NCBI GenBank assembly: GCA_018399555.1
Contig: JAGYOL010000003.1
Span: 1 to 51,602 of the forward strand
Direction of reading: 5' to 3'
Origin: Kiritimatiellia bacterium
GTDB taxonomy: Bacteria; Verrucomicrobiota; Kiritimatiellia; RFP12; UBA1067
DNA length: 51,602 bases
The stretch's first letter is position 1. Each line of letters starts with the position of its first letter. The notes below the pieces were generated by a model that saw only the letters and a program-made list of their open reading frames with translations, had not been told where the DNA came from and made no database searches. The translations under genes and the position numbers were made by a program. Positions 45,844-51,602 of this stretch are shown piece after piece.

Positions 45844-46746
45844 TCAGTAGGGCAGGTTGAACGGTTGATTGATAAATGTGAAAATAACCACGTTGGCAGT
45901 GTTGTACATCAGGTTGGCCACGATGAAGAAAATCAGCGGCGTGAAATCCAGGCCGGCCTGCATGGTTCCGCCGCGTGAAAATCTGCCCAGAATCAGGTCG
46001 CTGCCCTCTCGGCAGAACATCATTACCTCCGGTTTTCGCATGAAGGTGGCGATCAACGATCCGATGATGAATGCGAACAGAGCACTGATCATAACGGATA
46101 GACTTTCACAGAAAGCCAGCACTCCCAGGGCTGCGGTTTTGATCATTGCCACCGGCAGTGCGGCGGATGAAATTACATCGGTGGCCGTGAAGGAGCTGCC
46201 CGGTTGTAGCGAATTGCTGGTCAGTGATCCCAGATTGAGCGCGGTGAAGGCAAGGATGACATGCAGGCCGGTGAGCAAAATCGGACGAAATACGTAAGGA
46301 ACTTTGGAGAATGGCCGGGCGAAGTGCTCCAGTGCCTGTTCCATGCGGGTGGTGCCGCCGGGTCTGGCGATCAGGCTTACCAGAAAATGAAACCCCCAGA
46401 ATTTAAGGATGAAAGACAGTGTCTCCAAAAGATTGAAGATCAGCAGATTCAGCTGGGTCGGTGTTGAGGGCACACACCTGAAGGTTTCGCCGAAAGCAAC
46501 GGCAGGTTGAAGCGAGAGACGCACGGTTACAGCGGATTTAAAGAGAAAAACCAGAAGAGTCAGTAAAGCGAAAACCGCCGATTCCGGCAGAGCCAGAAAG
46601 GGTCGCAGCAGGTCTCCCAGCCGGTTCAACCGGCTGCCGACGAATGCAACATAGGGATTGAAAAAGCTCTCTCTGTCCGTTTTTGCAAACAGGCGCAGTA
46701 GCAGAATGACAATCAGTGCGTTAAGTGCGGAGGATAATATATGCAT
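45844..46746 (-). CDS. YggT-like membrane protein (extended)
   Basis: Multiple TM segments; FFNPY...LRP and GLDFTPLI YGGT-type motifs; adjacent to yggU. Confidence 0.7.
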   Translation of the reverse strand: MHILSSALNALIVILLLRLFAKTDRESFFNPYVAFVGSRLNRLGDLLRPFLALPESAVFALLTLLVFLFKSAVTVRLSLQPAVAFGETFRCVPSTPTQLNLLIFNLLETLSFILKFWGFHFLVSLIARPGGTTRMEQALEHFARPFSKVPYVFRPILLTGLHVILAFTALNLGSLTSNSLQPGSSFTATDVISSAALPVAMIKTAALGVLAFCESLSVMISALFAFIIGSLIATFMRKPEVMMFCREGSDLILGRFSRGGTMQAGLDFTPLIFFIVANLMYNTANVVIFTFINQPFNLPY

Positions 46747-46956
46747 ACTTTTTTTCCAAAAAATTGACTATCAGGATATGATTATGACCCGTTTATTTCA
46801 AGGTTAATCGCTCTAAAGAGCTTTCAGCACAAAAATATTTTCCGGGTTTTATGACAAAAAGTTGTGTTAAACCGGTTTTTTCTATTGATAAATACAGAAT
46901 TTAGTTTATCTTAAAGTTGTTGGGTTAAATTTTGATTAACAAAGGAGTTAAATAAA

Positions 46957-47262
46957 ATGGCTAAAAAAGCAACACCTCGCACCAAGAGCGAGATCATGAC
47001 AGCGTTGGCCGAAGCCGGCGGAATTGAAAAGAAGCAGGCGGCTGCTGTTTATCAGGCACTGCTTGACATCGCCTATGCCGGTGCTAAATCCAAGGAAGGC
47101 ATTATGCTGCCTGGTCTGGGTAAATTGATCAAGCAGGATCGCAAAGCTCGCAAGGGTCGTAATCCGGCCACCGGCGAAGAGATCAAAATCCCCAAAAAGA
47201 CGGTTGTCAAATTCCGCCTGGCCAAAGCCTGTAAGGATGCGATTGTGCCTCCCAAGAAATAA
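46957..47262 (+). CDS. hup: HU-family DNA-binding protein
   Basis: TKSEI, LPGLGK and RKARKGRNPATGEEIKIP..TVVKF motifs; AAGGAG RBS. Confidence 0.95.
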   Translation: MAKKATPRTKSEIMTALAEAGGIEKKQAAAVYQALLDIAYAGAKSKEGIMLPGLGKLIKQDRKARKGRNPATGEEIKIPKKTVVKFRLAKACKDAIVPPKK

Positions 47263-47282
47263 AAACAGCTGTTTTATTTCTG

Positions 47283-47320
47283 AAAAAAGAGCGAGCGCTG
47301 TGGCGTGTCGCTCTTTTTTT
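47283..47320 (+). terminator. Intrinsic (bidirectional) terminator after HU
   Basis: AAAAAAGAGCGA...TCGCTCTTTTTTT hairpin with flanking A and T runs. Confidence 0.85.
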
Positions 47321-47497
47321 GCATAGTCCGCCGGAAAAGCGGGGGTGAGTTAATCGAAGTGTAAAAATACTCAACTCGCGGTTGGGAATAAATCCGCGGT
47401 TATGTTAAAATACATCATTATCGGCGTGAGTATCGAATGCTTACGTGTTTGTGCGTTTTCCTTAAAAAATTGATTCGCTTGTCAGTCAGGGGGCATA

Positions 47498-48379
47498 ATG
47501 AAGAGAGTGGAAGAGTTGGCACTCGAGAAAGTGCTGATTTGTGACGGCGCGATGGGTACTGAGCTTCAACGGCATGGCTTGCAACCCGGGGAGTGTCCCG
47601 AGCTCTGGTGTGTCGAAAAGTCAGATGCGGTGCGGGCTATCCATCAGGATTACCGCCAGGCCGGCAGCGACATTGTGGAAACCAATACATTCTGCTGCAG
47701 TCGCTACAAACTTCGAAAATTCGGTTTAGAGGAAAGGGTTGCAGAAATTTGCCTCGCCGGTGCCGTTCTGGCACGTGAGGTTGCCGGAGCGGATCAGTAC
47801 GTGATGGCCAGTATGGGGCCTACCGGGGAGTTCATGCAGCCGATCGGTCTGGAGAGTGAACAGAGTTTTTATGATGCTTTCGCGGAGCAGGCCGCTGCCT
47901 TTGCCGCCGGTGGAGCCGATGCTGTGATAGTTGAAACCATGACTGCGATCGAAGAGTGCTGCGCAGCAGTGCGCGCAGTCAGAGATAATACCGATCTGAC
48001 CTGTATCGCTTCTTTCACCTTTGATCCGCTCTCTGATGGGCGTTATGCGTCGATGATGGGGGTCTTCCCTGATCAGTTTGTCAAGGCCGCGCTGGATGCC
48101 GGTGCTCATATAATAGGTGCCAACTGCGGCCTCGGAGCGGAACATATGCTTAAAATAGTTGAGATTCTGGTTGCAACGGCCGACGGTAAACCCGTCATGG
48201 CAATGCCCAATGCCGGTATGCCGATTCTTGAAAGTGGTGTCACCATCTTCCCTGAGGGCGCTGAGCAGTTTGGCGTCAAGGCGGCGGAGTTGATCACGGC
48301 GGGCGCGTCGGTTATTGGCGGCTGCTGCGGTACTACACCTGCACATATCGCTGAGCTGAAAAGGATTGTGAGCCGATAG
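47498..48379 (+). CDS. Stand-alone homocysteine S-methyltransferase domain (split MetH-like)
   Basis: DGAMGT, TNTF, GPTG, ETM, GANC, PNAG and IGGCCGTTP (Zn ligands) motifs. Confidence 0.92.
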   Translation: MKRVEELALEKVLICDGAMGTELQRHGLQPGECPELWCVEKSDAVRAIHQDYRQAGSDIVETNTFCCSRYKLRKFGLEERVAEICLAGAVLAREVAGADQYVMASMGPTGEFMQPIGLESEQSFYDAFAEQAAAFAAGGADAVIVETMTAIEECCAAVRAVRDNTDLTCIASFTFDPLSDGRYASMMGVFPDQFVKAALDAGAHIIGANCGLGAEHMLKIVEILVATADGKPVMAMPNAGMPILESGVTIFPEGAEQFGVKAAELITAGASVIGGCCGTTPAHIAELKRIVSR

Positions 48380-48423
48380 TTAACTGCATTTGAATAAAAG
48401 ATTGAAAGAGCGGGGAGAAAACA

Positions 48424-49545
48424 GTGCTTTATTATCTGGGAGAGAAACTGATTGCATTCTGGGGGCCGTTCCGGTTACTGACATCACATCTGATGTTGCT
48501 GGCGTCGGCGACCATGCTCTCGGGAGTGGCTGTCTGGATTCTGCTGCCGCGCTTGTGGCATCTGCTGCCGCGGGATGGTGGCAAGGCGGACGCTGCTGAC
48601 CGGGGAGCGGCATCCAAGGGCAAGCCGACCGGTGCGGGAGTGCTCGTAACCATGATTGTTCTGCCGGTGATTCTTTTGCTGGTGCCGCTTGATATGTGGC
48701 AGTTCGGCGTTCTGGTCACGCTCTATCTCAGTATGTTTTTCGGTTATCTGGATGACCTCAGCACAAAACCGTGGGGGCGTTGGCAGAAGGGGCTGCTGGA
48801 TGTGGTGGTATCTGTTGCCGCAGCGGCGTGCATCTACCGCTCGGGCGGTGGTGAACTTTGGCTGCCCTTTGTCAAACACGGAGTAATTGTGCCGGTGTAT
48901 CTCTATCTGCCGTTGGCGGCGGCGCTGCTCTGGTTCACCACAAATGCGACAAACTGCAGCGACGGGGTTGACGGGTTGGCCGGTTCATTGACGCTGCTTT
49001 CCCTCTTTGCCATGGCTGCCTTGCTCTACGGCGTGGTGGGCTACAAGCCCGTCGCCGATTATCTGCTGATCCCCACCACCCCCAATGCCGCGCGTTGGGC
49101 GATTATGGTATCCTGCGTCGCTGGCGGATTGGCCGGTTATCTCTGGTATAACGCTAATCCCAGCAGTGTGCTTATGGGCGATGCTGGCTCACGTTTTCTC
49201 GGTCTGCTGGTGGGAATCACTGTGCTGTTTGCCGGCAATCCCTTTCTGATTGTCGTTATTGCCCCGGTGGTGCTGGTCAACGGCGGTACCGGTTTGCTGA
49301 AGCTGCTGCTGCTTATTCTGCTGCGCAAACTGGGATTCGATGTGCGTCGTCCGGAATTGCTGACGCCGGAAGAGGCCTGCAGACAGCATGTGTTTGTAAA
49401 ATCGCTGCACCGCTACCGTTTCCCCCTGCATGATCATTGTCGTGGTAATTTACAGTGGAGCAACTCGCAGGTGCTGATACGCTTTGTTCTGATTCAATCA
49501 TTTCTGACGCCGCTGCTTTTTGTTATTCTGATCAAAGTCAGATAA
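48424..49545 (+). CDS. mraY: MraY-like polyprenyl-phosphate sugar/peptide-1-phosphate transferase (Pfam Glycos_transf_4)
   Basis: KGKPTGAG, GYLDD, NATNCSDGVDGLAG, LWYNA.P..VLMGDAGS and PLHDH motifs; multi-TM; GTG start. Confidence 0.75.
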   Translation: MLYYLGEKLIAFWGPFRLLTSHLMLLASATMLSGVAVWILLPRLWHLLPRDGGKADAADRGAASKGKPTGAGVLVTMIVLPVILLLVPLDMWQFGVLVTLYLSMFFGYLDDLSTKPWGRWQKGLLDVVVSVAAAACIYRSGGGELWLPFVKHGVIVPVYLYLPLAAALLWFTTNATNCSDGVDGLAGSLTLLSLFAMAALLYGVVGYKPVADYLLIPTTPNAARWAIMVSCVAGGLAGYLWYNANPSSVLMGDAGSRFLGLLVGITVLFAGNPFLIVVIAPVVLVNGGTGLLKLLLLILLRKLGFDVRRPELLTPEEACRQHVFVKSLHRYRFPLHDHCRGNLQWSNSQVLIRFVLIQSFLTPLLFVILIKVR

Positions 49546-49591
49546 GCAGAGGTGGTTTGTGAAAGCCGCTTCAAATTGTGGGAAAAAGAGC

Positions 49592-50299
49592 ATGCAACCT
49601 GAAACTGTAATTTTTAAATTGGGTGAGTTGGACCGCTTCACCGCTGATCCTCTTGCGGAGCTGAGTGGCTACGGAGACGCCATGAGGATTACCCGGATTG
49701 ACAATCTGGCACAGGCAGCTCTGCAGAAAAATAATCCGGAACTCACCGGTATTTTCGAGGATGCGGCGGTGGAATATTACTGTTGCGCTTCACGTCCGCG
49801 TGCCGTGCGGGCACTGCTCGATTTTGCACAGATTGAATATCGCGGACGGAATATAACTTGGATCAACGTTGCTTGCGATGAATCGCTGTTAAAGGGGCTT
49901 CAAGGTGCTCCCTGGTATCCGGTGATCGACCGTGAACGCTGCAGCGGCTGCGGCATCTGTTACGACTACTGCATCTTTGCAACCTATCAGCTTGATCAGA
50001 ACTCACCGCGTGCGCAACGCGTCAAAGTTGCCGCCCCGCTTAACTGTAAACAGGGTTGCCCCGCCTGCGCCCGGATCTGTCCCAGCGGTGCTCTGATCTT
50101 TCCTTTCAGTCCCGAAGCTGTGCTGAACGGTGCGCTTGAGGATAAGAGCGTCATGGCGCGCGACGAGCTGATTCGCGAGTTCGAAAAAGATCCGATCAAA
50201 GTTCTTGAACAGCGCCGCGCCAAACGTCGGCTGCTTGATGCAAAAAAAGTCGCGGATGTGGAACGTAAACACTGCTCCATCCCGAATAACCGGGTTTGA
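49592..50299 (+). CDS. Ferredoxin-family 2x[4Fe-4S] protein
   Basis: WYPVID..RCSGCGICYDYC and CKQGCPACARICP motifs; extra CCASRPRAV segment. Alternative start 49559. Confidence 0.85.
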   Translation: MQPETVIFKLGELDRFTADPLAELSGYGDAMRITRIDNLAQAALQKNNPELTGIFEDAAVEYYCCASRPRAVRALLDFAQIEYRGRNITWINVACDESLLKGLQGAPWYPVIDRERCSGCGICYDYCIFATYQLDQNSPRAQRVKVAAPLNCKQGCPACARICPSGALIFPFSPEAVLNGALEDKSVMARDELIREFEKDPIKVLEQRRAKRRLLDAKKVADVERKHCSIPNNRV

Positions 50300-50321
50300 A
50301 TCAGAGTCCCAAGGCGGAAAA

Positions 50322-51536
50322 ATGCCCATCAGAGATAAGAGTAAAAAAGCGCTTGCCCTCCGGTTTTTAACGGAGATAAAACCGCGGTTGCTGTTGAAAT
50401 TTATCTTCGGCGCCGGAGTTGGTAATCTGCTTGCGCTGCAGGCTTTCGAAAAACGCCGCAAAGAGGGACTCTATTTTCCGCCTTTTGTTTTTATCAGTGT
50501 CACTCAACGCTGCAATTTAAGGTGTCGGGGATGCTGGGCTGTCGGTGCAAAAGAACCGGCGGATATGGAACGCGAGTTGCTTGAATATATCGTTGATGAA
50601 AGTCGACAAATGGGTTGCCGTTTCTTCGGCATACTCGGCGGTGAACCGTTGCTGCTGGATTGGCTGCCCGAATTTTTTATTGAAAACCGCAACTCATATT
50701 TTCAGCTTTTCACCAACGGTCATCTGCTCACCCGGTGTATTGCGGATCAGCTGGCCCATGCGGGTAACGTTACGCCGCTGATAAGTGTGGAGGGGTTGGA
50801 GAAAAGCTACGCCGATCGACGTGGCACATCGAGCGGCTTCGCGCAGGCGTTGAAAGCGCTGGAAATCTGCCGTGAAGCAGGATTGATAACCGGTGTGGCG
50901 GTCTCGGTTTCGCAAGGCAACTTTGCTGATGTTGTTGATGACGACTTTGTCGATGAGATGGCGCGGCGCGGTGCGCACTATCTCTGGTTTTATATCTACC
51001 GTCCTTCCGGAGCTGATCCTAATTTCGACGACGCCCTCTCCGACAGCCAGGTGCGTGACTTGCGTCAGTTTATCGTGACACAGCGGCGACGCTGTCGTTC
51101 GCTGGTGATTGTGGATGCCTACTGGGACAGTGACGGCAATGCAGTCTGTCCGGCTGCCATGGGGATAAGTCATCATATCAACGCCCGCGGATGTGTTGAG
51201 CCCTGCCCTCCAATCCAGTGCTCAGATGCACGTCTGAGTGTAAACTGTGATGCCGCCGCGTTGATCTCATCTTCTACCCTGCTGCAAAGATTCAGAGATG
51301 AGGTGCCGACTCTGACCCGCGGTTGCGTACTGATGGACCATCCCGCTTTTATGGTTGAGCTGGCCGGACGTTGTGCCGCCGCTGACAGCAGCGGGCGTGA
51401 CTCCTTTTTTGAGGAACTGGCTGCACGTCCGGCCATGCGGTGCCATAATCACAGCGGCGATCCCATTCCCGAAACTTCTTTTTTCTATCGACTGGCCAAA
51501 AAGTATTGGTTTTTCGGTTTTGGTGCCTATGGTTGA
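50322..51536 (+). CDS. Radical SAM protein with a C-terminal SPASM/twitch-like Cys region
   Basis: CNLRCRGC, GGEP, FTNG, CPAAMG...HINARG.VEPCP and RGC motifs. Confidence 0.92.
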   Translation: MPIRDKSKKALALRFLTEIKPRLLLKFIFGAGVGNLLALQAFEKRRKEGLYFPPFVFISVTQRCNLRCRGCWAVGAKEPADMERELLEYIVDESRQMGCRFFGILGGEPLLLDWLPEFFIENRNSYFQLFTNGHLLTRCIADQLAHAGNVTPLISVEGLEKSYADRRGTSSGFAQALKALEICREAGLITGVAVSVSQGNFADVVDDDFVDEMARRGAHYLWFYIYRPSGADPNFDDALSDSQVRDLRQFIVTQRRRCRSLVIVDAYWDSDGNAVCPAAMGISHHINARGCVEPCPPIQCSDARLSVNCDAAALISSSTLLQRFRDEVPTLTRGCVLMDHPAFMVELAGRCAAADSSGRDSFFEELAARPAMRCHNHSGDPIPETSFFYRLAKKYWFFGFGAYG

Positions 51537-51602
51537 AGCTGGATGCAACCAAACCACGATTTAGTCGCTATTCAATCAACTTCTGCCATAAAAAACAAGA
51601 AA

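Noticed and set aside
45847-45858. GTAGGGCAGGT match to the REP at 42192-42202
   Set aside because: It lies in the last codons of the yggT-like gene and lacks the palindrome, so it is likely coincidental.
1-51602. tRNA, rRNA, prophage or integrase genes
   Set aside because: No recognisable signatures were found by eye; a covariance-model scan was not run.

Overview
A gene-dense chromosomal window from a bacterium, most likely of the PVC superphylum. The Kiritimatiellota/Lentisphaerota-like placement is an inference from the sulfatase, PPC-domain protein, Hanks kinase with helical repeats, and a secreted protein ending PGTIILVR. About 34 CDS can be supported. In order they are: a fructan/fructoside-type locus (PfkB kinase, GntR/LacI regulator, atypical GH32, secreted lectin-like protein); fabG with a stand-alone lipoyl/E3-binding protein; a 1,900-aa secreted hypothetical; malic enzyme; a PPC protein; dnaE; carA; a REP-associated tyrosine transposase (RAYT-like) beside an AT-rich Zn-finger ORF; an MBL-rhodanese fusion; ilvE; a membrane Ser/Thr kinase; pyrK-pyrD-add-nnr-yicC; an hsdM remnant at the yicC 3' end; a sulfatase/Tat oxidoreductase/Tat TIM-barrel/esterase cluster; yggT-yggU-TPR-thyX; HU; and a Hcy-methyltransferase/mraY-like/ferredoxin/radical SAM cluster. 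I found no rRNA, tRNA or CRISPR array. The most interesting signals are: the RAYT with a dispersed cognate-looking motif (AATAGTGACAG) and GTAG-type REPs; a GH32 lacking the acid/base Glu that shares a module with its neighbour; the putative C-terminal sorting signal; the hsdM scar at yicC; a strongly strand-skewed repeat mosaic at 42.1-42.5 kb; and the ferredoxin/radical SAM pair. All product calls come from motif recognition by eye; no searches were run.
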